Shown here: positions 9,992 through 18,468 of the stretch, one piece after another
Numbering within the stretch: position 1 is the stretch's first letter
Layout: each line of letters begins with the position of its first letter
DNA from: Myxococcota bacterium
GTDB taxonomy: Bacteria; Myxococcota_A; Polyangia; Nannocystales; Nannocystaceae
Length of the DNA stretch: 64,000 nucleotides
Direction of reading: 5' to 3'
Assembly: GCA_039028615.1 (NCBI GenBank)
Contig: JBCCHT010000021.1
Location: 96,001 to 160,000, forward strand
Made by a program: the position numbers and the translations under genes
The notes under the pieces: model-generated
Told to the model about the DNA's origin: nothing
Seen by the model: the letters and a program-made list of their open reading frames with translations, nothing else
Database searches by the model: none

Positions 9992-11509
9992 CTACGGGAA
10001 GCTCGCGTGGCAGGGGTCGGTATTGGCCGCGCCCGGAGTACCGTAGTTGTTCGGGCTGCCCACGATGAGCTGCGTCGAGTGGCACCAGTTGGCGAAGTCG
10101 TCGTTGGACACGGTGTCGAGGACGCCGACCTCCAGCTTGAAAGACAAGCCGTTGTCATCGGGCCCGTAGTTGATCCAGCCCGGGATCTGGTCGAGGACCC
10201 CCGACGAGTTCGCGATGACGGCGAAATCTTCGCCGTTGTCGTGGAAGATCGGCAGCTGGGTGTTGGTGAACGTGTGGGGACCACCGCCCACGTCGGTCCA
10301 TGCGCCATCGGTCCATTCCGTCTCGTCGACCTTACCGATGGTCGCGTACGTCCCGGGGAGCACGACGAAAGGCTGGTCCACGATGGCTTCGTCGCTCAGG
10401 TCCTGATCTTGAATCCGTAGGCCGTTCAGGTCGATGGGATAGGCGGCGGCGTTGTAGACCTCGAGCCACTCGCAGAAGTTGTTGCCGCCGTTGGAGCATT
10501 GGGGCGACTCCATGACCTCGGTGATGACCAGGTCACCCACGGTGAGCCAGTCGACGCCGACGGGGCCGAGGGCGTAGTCGCCGAAGTCCGAGGGCATGCG
10601 CGGAGCGAGCTTGTACTCACCCTCGGCGAAGTGGATGGGGCCCTGGATGTACGAGAAGGTCGCTCCGATCCGAAACCCGGGAAACTCGGCCGCGCCGTCG
10701 ACGAGGACATCGAAAAGGTAGTCGTCGATGGTCCCGGGTGCAGACATGTCGTCGGCGGTGAACTCACCTGCGCCGAGCAACGCGGCGACCCCGATGTCCG
10801 CCTCGATGCGCACGAAGACGCCCTCCCACCCCTCGGCGGCCAGGCCGAGCAGATGAATGAGTGCGATGGGGTTGGGCACGGGTAAGGCAGGCAGGGACCC
10901 CGTCTCGACGACCGTGCCCATCGTCGCGTCGATCTCGGTGCGGTCGTCGACCTCGGCGACGACCCCGACGATATCGACGATGTCGCCGACCTCGAGGCCG
11001 CTGATGTCGGGACTGGCCGGGCCGGCTCCGACGAAGACGTGCACGCCGCTGAACTGACCCCCGGGCTCTTCCTGAGCGTAGAAGGCATCGCCCCTGACGC
11101 CCGTGACCCACACGGAGCGCACATCGACCATCGTGCCTTCGGGCAGCAGGCCCTCTTGGATCTCGTAGATGGTGTCGTCCTGGAACTCACCGGTCGTGCC
11201 ATCGCCCGTCGTGTCGTCGCCGGTCGTATCGCCACCCGTCGTGTCCCCGCCGGTCGTATCGTCGTTGGCGCTGGTGGAGCCTTCGCTCGCCGCATCGGCG
11301 CCACCGCCCGTGCTGCCTTGCTCGCCAGTCGAGTTCGCCGTCGTCGCGTTTGCCGTCGTGCTCGTCATTCCTCCGGTCTCGTTGTTTCCGGTCGTGATGC
11401 TCGTGGCCCCACCGGTCGAGTCGTCGGCCTGCGGGCTCACGTCGTCGGAGCAGGCGCCCAACGTCACCAGTGTCGACCATGCCAAGAACCATCGGATCGG
11501 GGAGTCCAT
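9992..11509 (-). CDS. Lipoprotein with OB-fold-like region and C-terminal lamin-tail domain
   Basis: LGAC lipobox; 'TIYEIQ...FYAQE...VGDIVDIVG' OB-like; 'LVITEVM...EWLEVYN...IDLNG...GTPGAAN' lamin-tail motifs. Confidence 0.8.
   Translation of the reverse strand: MDSPIRWFLAWSTLVTLGACSDDVSPQADDSTGGATSITTGNNETGGMTSTTANATTANSTGEQGSTGGGADAASEGSTSANDDTTGGDTTGGDTTGDDTTGDGTTGEFQDDTIYEIQEGLLPEGTMVDVRSVWVTGVRGDAFYAQEEPGGQFSGVHVFVGAGPASPDISGLEVGDIVDIVGVVAEVDDRTEIDATMGTVVETGSLPALPVPNPIALIHLLGLAAEGWEGVFVRIEADIGVAALLGAGEFTADDMSAPGTIDDYLFDVLVDGAAEFPGFRIGATFSYIQGPIHFAEGEYKLAPRMPSDFGDYALGPVGVDWLTVGDLVITEVMESPQCSNGGNNFCEWLEVYNAAAYPIDLNGLRIQDQDLSDEAIVDQPFVVLPGTYATIGKVDETEWTDGAWTDVGGGPHTFTNTQLPIFHDNGEDFAVIANSSGVLDQIPGWINYGPDDNGLSFKLEVGVLDTVSNDDFANWCHSTQLIVGSPNNYGTPGAANTDPCHASFP
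11190..11265 (-). repeat. Imperfect 15-bp tandem repeat encoding (G/D)DTTG-like pentapeptides
   Basis: DDTTG-GDTTG-GDTTG-DDTTG-DGTTG in the linker. Confidence 0.7.
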
Positions 11510-12646
11510 GGTCGCAACCTAGCCCTGGGGCTGTAGGCATCAAGTGCGCAAAATTGGCTGCTGCATCTACGCAAAATGTTCATGCTGCGAGAGCCGCATA
11601 GTTGCCTGCAGGATGCGCATATTTTCTATGGGGGACTTGAATCATGCAGGAGGGTGATCGCATTAAGGGCACTCGATGTGGGTCGTTCTCTACCTGTGGG
11701 CTCGTGGTCTGCGTCGAGAAAATCGAGCTGCCGCGGTTGCTGTTCATCACTCGGTGGAGAAACATCAGTGCCCGCGCACCGTGCGTTCTTGTTGAGTCGA
11801 GGTCAGCGGGGGGAACCGTCGGCGAATCGAACTCGAGCGGTCGCAACGCTCGGCGTGGGGGTGATCGATGTGGCCCGGGATCCGGCGCGAGGCCGACCTG
11901 TGCGCGCCGTCGCGTAGAACGAACGAAGAGCCCTCGGCAGCCCGTCGTGGGGTCGAGCGAGCGAGGTGGATGGTCGCTCACTCCTGCCTGTCGCTCGTTC
12001 CCTCTTCGTGGTCCCGTTGCGCTCACGACGTCTTCAGCTCTTCCCGCGTCGCGGCGGCACCTCGCTCGCCTCGTGGGCTCGACATAGAAACCGTCGCAGC
12101 GTTGCCCATGGACGCTGCCCACCACGAGGTGGCCGAATTCGTGGTGCAGCAATATCCACGACGAGCCTCTTCGATCGCGTCGGTGAGCCATGGCCGGCCG
12201 AATGGCACCACCAAGCTCGACCTTTGTGGCCCCTCCGCGACGGTGACCCGCACGTCCGGGGACCATCGACGAGCCTGGCCTCGTCGTGAAACGCGGCCGA
12301 CGAGTCGACTCGGGGGCCGCCGATCAGGCTCACGTAGTCCGGTGCCTCGGCCTTGCATTCGACCGTCGCGTTGTCGCTCCGTCGGCGGAGCGTCACACAC
12401 TGAGATCCAGCTGCGCGGCCGAACGATTGAAATGGACAGCGTTCCCGAGTGTGTGTCGGGTGAACGGAACACTGATGAACGGGGTTCGGCTTCTCGGGAG
12501 CGGACCACATCGAAACGATGATGAGAATGGTCGAACGACGCTCACTGACACGATGAACTGATACGGTTTTGATCTCGCCGGGCGGGTCGCATTGACGTGA
12601 CCCGCATCGAGCGATTTGTTGTGAGTTCAGGACGACAGGATGACCA

Positions 12647-13522
12647 ATGCAAGCATCATGGCAATCGACCGATCGTAGATCGCGTCGGCAACGAGTGGTT
12701 TCGAAGCTCGGCGCCCTAGCCTTCGTACTCGGGGCCCTGGGGGCCTCGGGCTGTCCGGGCAGTGGCAAGAGCGATGGACAGTCGGGAGGGAAGCAGACCC
12801 CGCCACCCAAGGCCGACGGTGGAGCGCCGCCGGGTTCGGGCGCGGCGACCGAGGCCAAGTGGAAGCGGGAAGGGACGTTGCGTTACCAGTACGAAGGAGC
12901 GCGGCCGAAGACCGGTCCCAAGGCCACGGAGACGCTCGCCATCACCTTCGAGGCGGGTGGTGATGCCAAGATCAAGGGCGCTTCGGGGGCGGCCGACGTC
13001 ACCTTCGGCGAGGACGGGACCATCGTGGTCAAGGCCGTGCCCGAGCCCGAGCCGCGACCGGTTCTGCCTGCCTATGTGCACATGTTCCGGGTCGGCCCGG
13101 GGGCGGGCAAAGCCCTGAACGTGGGTGGTGACGCTACGGTTCGCTACCCCGCCGACGCCGATATCCCGCCCACGCAGCTCACCGTGCAGAGCGAAGTGAC
13201 GATGACGCTCACCAAGCTGACGGGTGACGTGGCGCAGTACGACTACGAGTCACGTTATCGGGTGATCGACAACGATGCACTCGAAGCGTTCCGGGCCGAA
13301 GCGGAGGGCATCGGGGCCAAGGACGAGATCGACGCAATCCTCGAGGGCTCGGCCGACTTCCGCCTCGCGGGCTTCGGTGAGGTCGAGTTCGACGTGGCCA
13401 AGGGGAAGATGCTCACCGCCAGCTACACGGGCGCGGGGCTGCCCCTCGAGGCGCTCGATCGTGAGGCGTTGTCCAACCACGAAGATGCCATTCACTACAC
13501 CCTGAACCTGCAAGGAAGTTGA
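12647..13522 (+). CDS. Hypothetical lipoprotein
   Basis: GASGC lipobox, GC3-biased ORF. Confidence 0.75.
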   Translation: MQASWQSTDRRSRRQRVVSKLGALAFVLGALGASGCPGSGKSDGQSGGKQTPPPKADGGAPPGSGAATEAKWKREGTLRYQYEGARPKTGPKATETLAITFEAGGDAKIKGASGAADVTFGEDGTIVVKAVPEPEPRPVLPAYVHMFRVGPGAGKALNVGGDATVRYPADADIPPTQLTVQSEVTMTLTKLTGDVAQYDYESRYRVIDNDALEAFRAEAEGIGAKDEIDAILEGSADFRLAGFGEVEFDVAKGKMLTASYTGAGLPLEALDREALSNHEDAIHYTLNLQGS

Positions 13523-13532
13523 GGTCGAGACC

Positions 13533-14357
13533 ATGCCCAACAAGACCCTCATCTTCGTGCCCGTGGCCTCGATGGCCCTCATGCTGCCCAGCTGCGACGA
13601 CAAGCCGCCCAAAGGGATGATCGACGCCCTCACCCATGCGGTGGCGGGCAAGCTCCTGGGCTGCCCCACCAACAAGTGCACCGGGGTCCGGGAGATCAAC
13701 ATCTCCATCAAGGACACCGACGCGACCCTCAAGAAGAAGGCCGAAGAACTCGTCAAGAACTGGTGCCCCGCGTATCAGTTCACCTCCGAGAAGCTGACCA
13801 AGAACGCCTCCGGCGAGTTCTCCAAGCAAGCCGAGTACTCGGTGGCGGTGGTGGGCTTCGGCGAGATTTCGGTCACCACCGAGGACTACGAGGCCGAGGT
13901 CACCGCGGCCGAAGACGGCTGGAAGACGCAGCTCAACCACAGCCACGAGACCGGTACCGGCGAGTGCCAGCCCGACTGGCCCGTGGGGCAGTGCAAGGTA
14001 CAGGCCGAGCTCGAGGTCAAGTCCGACGGCGAGGTGAAGATCTCGTGGATCGCGGGCACCGAGACCAAGACGGCGAGCGGCAAGGGCAGCAAGTTCATCA
14101 AGTTCAAGACCGCCAGCACCCTGCAGTGGTGCGAGAAGCGGAAGCACGACGATCCGCGGACATGCACCGCCTCCGAGGCGACCGACACACCGTCGACCGA
14201 CGTGTCATGCAGCGACCAGTCCGATTGTGCCGGGCTCCAGTGCGGCGAGTGGTTCTGCCAGGATGGGACCTGCACGCTGGCCGAAGCCGCGCCCGCGGGG
14301 ACGCCTTGTGAAGGGGGCACCTGCGAAGCGGGCGGTGTCTGCAAGAAGGCGAGCTGA
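13533..14357 (+). CDS. Cys-rich, Lys-rich lipoprotein
   Basis: LPSC lipobox; GAGG RBS; 10 bp downstream of previous gene; C-terminal Cys-rich module. Confidence 0.75.
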   Translation: MPNKTLIFVPVASMALMLPSCDDKPPKGMIDALTHAVAGKLLGCPTNKCTGVREINISIKDTDATLKKKAEELVKNWCPAYQFTSEKLTKNASGEFSKQAEYSVAVVGFGEISVTTEDYEAEVTAAEDGWKTQLNHSHETGTGECQPDWPVGQCKVQAELEVKSDGEVKISWIAGTETKTASGKGSKFIKFKTASTLQWCEKRKHDDPRTCTASEATDTPSTDVSCSDQSDCAGLQCGEWFCQDGTCTLAEAAPAGTPCEGGTCEAGGVCKKAS

Positions 14358-14448
14358 GCGGAGTCGCCTCGTCGAACAGCGGTTTGGCGAGGCGGTCGTT
14401 GCCGGCCCCGTGTACTCGATGGCTGGCTAGAGTGGCCTCTCGACTCGT

Positions 14449-15294
14449 TCAGAGATCACGGAGCACGCCGAGGACGCTGCCGATTCGTCGGAAGCCCATC
14501 CGTCGGTAGAACCGCTCCGCGCCTCCGTCTCGCGACGTGACCAGCAACAACCGGTCGAGGTCGAAGCGGGTCGCGGCGTCGCGCCATGCCCACGCCAACA
14601 GGGCACGGCCGATGCCGCGGTTGCGGTGACTCGGGTGGGTGCCGACCGACTGCAGGCGGCCCTGTTTCCCCACCGACACGATGCCCAGCGTGGCGACGAT
14701 TTCGCCATCGAGCCCCGCTCCGTACCAAGCACCGATCTCTGCTGAGTCACCCGCGGTGGTTGGTCGCGGGGCGATCAACGAACGCGACCACGCCAGGCTT
14801 CGCTCCACCGCAACGGGCCCGTACGGCGTGGGCCGTTGCTCATCGACGGCCAGCTCGCATTCCAGAACTCGGGAGACCTCCTGGCTGAGGTCGAACCTCG
14901 AGATCCGCAGAGCGTTTCCCGCGGCGGGGCTCCCGGCTTCGAGTTCGGTCCCGTCGAAGGCCAAGGCGACGTCATCGATGGCCTGAAACCCCTCGGCGAC
15001 GTACGGAGACAGGGTGTTGGCGTCTGCGCCCGGGTCATCCCAGCCGACGCACAGCTGTGGCACCTCGGTCCCTTCGAACTGCTGCTGGAACAGCGCCGCG
15101 ATGCTCTGTGGCGTGTGGTTGTCCGGACTCCCCCGCAACACGAGCATGTTTCCGAACGGATTATCGGGCGCGCTCGGAAGCTCGCAGCGCCAGCCCTCGT
15201 CCAGCTCCTGCAGCGAGCCGAGCGCGGAGTGAATCCCCAGATCGCTACGCCATCCGGGGGAGCGAACTGCGGTGGGGACGTCGAGGGTTGGCAT
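14449..15294 (-). CDS. GNAT family N-acetyltransferase
   Basis: Acetyl-CoA motif 'VGTHPSHRNRGIGRAL' and 'RFYRRMGF'. Confidence 0.85.
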   Translation of the reverse strand: MPTLDVPTAVRSPGWRSDLGIHSALGSLQELDEGWRCELPSAPDNPFGNMLVLRGSPDNHTPQSIAALFQQQFEGTEVPQLCVGWDDPGADANTLSPYVAEGFQAIDDVALAFDGTELEAGSPAAGNALRISRFDLSQEVSRVLECELAVDEQRPTPYGPVAVERSLAWSRSLIAPRPTTAGDSAEIGAWYGAGLDGEIVATLGIVSVGKQGRLQSVGTHPSHRNRGIGRALLAWAWRDAATRFDLDRLLLVTSRDGGAERFYRRMGFRRIGSVLGVLRDL

Positions 15295-15304
15295 GGCGAG
15301 CCGG

Positions 15305-16474
15305 TCAGGTTGCTGGAGCGTCGCCCGAAGGCTCGGGCCGCGGCGGCACCGTCTGCGCGCTGGACAAGGATCGTAGCTGGGCGCGTATCGTCTCCAGCTC
15401 GCCCGTGAGCTTCTCGTCCATCGCGAGCACGGCCGCGGTGGTGTCCTCTTCCCTGACGAGCACCGAGGTGAGCGTCGCGGTGAAGATACCCACGACCACC
15501 ATCCCAGCGATGATGAGGGCGACGGTGAGCACCCGCCCGGTCCACGTCTGCGGGTTGTGGATGTCGCCGAAGCCACCCGTCACCACCGTCGTGAAGCTCC
15601 ACCACAGTCCCTGGCCCACGTTCTCCACTCCGGCGACGGAGGAGTGACCCTCCAGGTACCAGATGCCCACGCCGCCGAGCACGAGCACCGTCACCAGCAG
15701 CTTGAGCGAGCGACGCATCATGCTCACGTCCATCGCGGCCGCGAGCTGGTCCATGCCGCGCCAGAAGAACAGGATGGTGCGGATGATTCGAAGCAGACGA
15801 ATCAGCCGAATCATCCGGGCGAGGCGAGCGAGGCGGACGATTCGGCCCGCGCGGAGCAGCGACGCCGGAATCGGAATGGACGTGACGAAGTCGAGCCAGT
15901 AGCGGCGCCAGAACCATCGCTTGGAGTCGGCCAAGCGCATGCGCCAGAAGAACTCGCCCAGGAACAGGAAGCACACCACCACGTCGATGAGCTCGAGGAT
16001 CATGTGCGTCTGCTCGGACAGCGGCGCGAGGATCTGAATCATCAACAGGGTGACGACCAAGACGATGAGCGCCATGATGACGCCATCCAACACCATCACC
16101 CGGCGCCGTGAGCCGAGGCGAGCTTCGACCTTCTCGGCGAGGCGGCGCTCTCGGGCGAGGTCGGAGACCTTGTCGCGCTGCGTCTGCAGGGACTCGTAGC
16201 GAGAGGCCACGTCCAGGGCACGCGTGCGCACGCGGTCGAAGGTGGACCAGTCGTGGTCGTTCAGAGCAGCGTCGGCCAGGCCCCGTAGGCGCTCGAGCTC
16301 CGCGACCTCCTGGCGCATCTCGCCCCCGAGCCGCTCCACGATGCCCATCAGGCGTTCGGACGGCAGGTCTTGCAGCCGTCGTCCCACGATGGCCGTGCGT
16401 GCCGCCTCGAAGCGTTGATCGAGATCCGGTGGAGAGCTGATGCTCGCATCGGCTGCGTGCGTCATGGCGGGCAT
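15305..16474 (-). CDS. Six-TM voltage-gated potassium-channel-like ion transporter with N-terminal coiled coil
   Basis: S1-S3 hydrophobic segments, Arg-periodic S4, pore helix 'LWWSFTTVVTGGFGDIHNPQTWTGR'. Confidence 0.85.
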   Translation of the reverse strand: MPAMTHAADASISSPPDLDQRFEAARTAIVGRRLQDLPSERLMGIVERLGGEMRQEVAELERLRGLADAALNDHDWSTFDRVRTRALDVASRYESLQTQRDKVSDLARERRLAEKVEARLGSRRRVMVLDGVIMALIVLVVTLLMIQILAPLSEQTHMILELIDVVVCFLFLGEFFWRMRLADSKRWFWRRYWLDFVTSIPIPASLLRAGRIVRLARLARMIRLIRLLRIIRTILFFWRGMDQLAAAMDVSMMRRSLKLLVTVLVLGGVGIWYLEGHSSVAGVENVGQGLWWSFTTVVTGGFGDIHNPQTWTGRVLTVALIIAGMVVVGIFTATLTSVLVREEDTTAAVLAMDEKLTGELETIRAQLRSLSSAQTVPPRPEPSGDAPAT

Positions 16475-16762
16475 CGTAACCGCCGCATGTGGCCCGCAAC
16501 CAGGTTGACGGGGCGCCGGGGGAGGGGAGGCCCAGGCGCGGAGTGGACCGCGGCTGATGAAGCGGGCCGAACCTCGACGTGTCGCGGGTGGGACTCTCCC
16601 GGACAGGGGCGCTGATCCGGGTAACTGCGCACGAGCTCGACCCACGAGCGGCGAGCGGGAAGGACGAACTCGCCGTTCATGGGAGAGTCGCTCGGACCCG
16701 ATCGGATTGCTTTTTGTGTCGAAAAAGTCGCCGAGCCCGGGCGCCCTGCCCCAGGGGGCGTG

Positions 16763-18310
16763 CTAGTCGCAGGCCATCGGATGGGGATCACGCATCCAGT
16801 CCAGGAACTGCTTGCTGCTCACCACCCGAGTCTCGGAGTTGAGCAGCACGTAGTCGAGGAACTCCTCGATCGCTTCCTGTCGCTCGGTATGCGTGGAGCT
16901 CTGCGCACCCGTGTACTTGCTGTTGTAGTAGTCGGTGTGCGCTCCGAAGATGAACGGCGCCCGGTTACCGTCCAGGTGAAGGTCGTAGCTGTACTGCAGC
17001 GTGGCCAGAAACTCGTCCCGGTTCATGTCGAACAGGACCCACAGGTTGTAGTCGAACCCGGTGATCTTGGCGGACGTCGGGTCCCACCACGCGTGGAGAT
17101 CGGCGAGGCGGTCGCGTAGACCGGGCTCGAAGCCATACTGAACCGCGAGGTCGTCGGGGGGCACGATCACCGTGTACAGCGGCAGCTCCCACAGGCCCGG
17201 CTTGGGCGTGATGGGGTCGTTGAGACCCCACGAGACCAGCAGGTCGTGCCCCGGGCTACCGCCGTCGAGGGTGTAGGGCCAAAAGAAGTTCGTGCCGTCC
17301 TGGGCGGGCTGGAAGCCCTCTTCGATCGAGGTGTCGTACCAGAAGTCGTTTTGGGTCAAGACGTCGAGCGCAGCGTCGTTGTACTCGAGGTAGGGCGCAC
17401 GGAAGCCGTAGACCTCCACCGCGGGGACGCCGACGCCAGCGCTCGGGTTGGGCACCCCTATGGCTTCTGCGGGGTCAAAGGGCGCGGTCAGCCAGTCGTT
17501 GCAATTTTCAATCTCGAGCGCCCACGCCATCTCGTTGGATTCCTGGCCATGAGGATGCGTGTGCGTGTGATTCCCGATCTCGTCGCCCTGGTCGTAGGCC
17601 TGCCGCCACGCCTGCTTGTTGTACGTCGGGCTCTCGGAGTGCCACGTCTCGATATAGGTGGAGGTCATGTAGTACGACATGTGAATGGGCGTGCCGTCGT
17701 ACGTCGCCGGATTGCCTTCGCCCGCGGGGTTGGTGCGGGTGTCGGCCAGGCTATTGGCCCATGTCATGCCACCGTCACCTCCGCTGCCTGGGATGCCCGA
17801 GTACGCGTTGTCGTCCCAGCTCAGCACCACGAACATCGGCACTTCGTCGACCATGAGCCCCCCGGGAGGATCTTGAGACGGCGGCACGTCGTCACCGTAC
17901 GCGTAGGTTGCCGGGGGCGAGAGCGGCTCTCCGCATCCGGGCGGCGGATCGGTGTCGGAGCTGCTCGAGTCGGAGCTGCCCGAGTCCGTCTCCCCGTCGT
18001 CGGTGCTGCCCGTGTCGGCCACGCCCGTGTCGGCTCCCCTCGTGTCGGTCCCGTCGGGCGTAGGCCCGCTCGTGTCGGTCCCGTCGGGCGTAGGCCCGCT
18101 CGTGATGCTCCCCGTGTCCGGGCCGTTCCCGCTCGTCTCGTTCGGATCGCTCGGCGTACCGTCGCCTTCGCTCTCGGAGCCGTTCGTGGCCGGGTTGGTC
18201 GTGATCCCGGGGCCGTCGGCAGGAATGTCTCCGCCGCTACTGCTCGGGCAGCCCCACAGGCACGTCGTGGCCAGAGCGGATAGGATGGCGACCGCGTTTC
18301 CCCGTGACAT
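16763..18310 (-). CDS. Polysaccharide deacetylase (CE4, chitin-deacetylase-like) lipoprotein
   Basis: LWGC lipobox; motifs SWDD, NHTHTH, FRAPYL, WELP, GNRAPF.FGAH. Confidence 0.85.
   Translation of the reverse strand: MSRGNAVAILSALATTCLWGCPSSSGGDIPADGPGITTNPATNGSESEGDGTPSDPNETSGNGPDTGSITSGPTPDGTDTSGPTPDGTDTRGADTGVADTGSTDDGETDSGSSDSSSSDTDPPPGCGEPLSPPATYAYGDDVPPSQDPPGGLMVDEVPMFVVLSWDDNAYSGIPGSGGDGGMTWANSLADTRTNPAGEGNPATYDGTPIHMSYYMTSTYIETWHSESPTYNKQAWRQAYDQGDEIGNHTHTHPHGQESNEMAWALEIENCNDWLTAPFDPAEAIGVPNPSAGVGVPAVEVYGFRAPYLEYNDAALDVLTQNDFWYDTSIEEGFQPAQDGTNFFWPYTLDGGSPGHDLLVSWGLNDPITPKPGLWELPLYTVIVPPDDLAVQYGFEPGLRDRLADLHAWWDPTSAKITGFDYNLWVLFDMNRDEFLATLQYSYDLHLDGNRAPFIFGAHTDYYNSKYTGAQSSTHTERQEAIEEFLDYVLLNSETRVVSSKQFLDWMRDPHPMACD
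18039..18104. repeat. Perfect 30-bp tandem duplication in linker (TSGPTPDGTD x2)
   Basis: ctcgtgtcggtcccgtcgggcgtaggcccg at 18039-18068 and 18069-18098, plus a partial third copy. Confidence 0.9.
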
Positions 18311-18468
18311 CACCTGGCGATCGTTGCATTGCGCCATCGTTCGGCCCCGCCGTTTTGGACCCGACCGATGGCGCTTTCTTATTCAGACGCCGCGTGTCGA
18401 GCTGGAAATCGACGGCGTCTCACCCGTTTTCATCGTGGCTCGTGTCGTTGCCGTAGGGTGTCGCCGCC

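Noticed and set aside
11576..12640. Short ORFs in the long intergenic region
   Set aside because: No consistent codon bias, RBS or motifs; may be decayed sequence.
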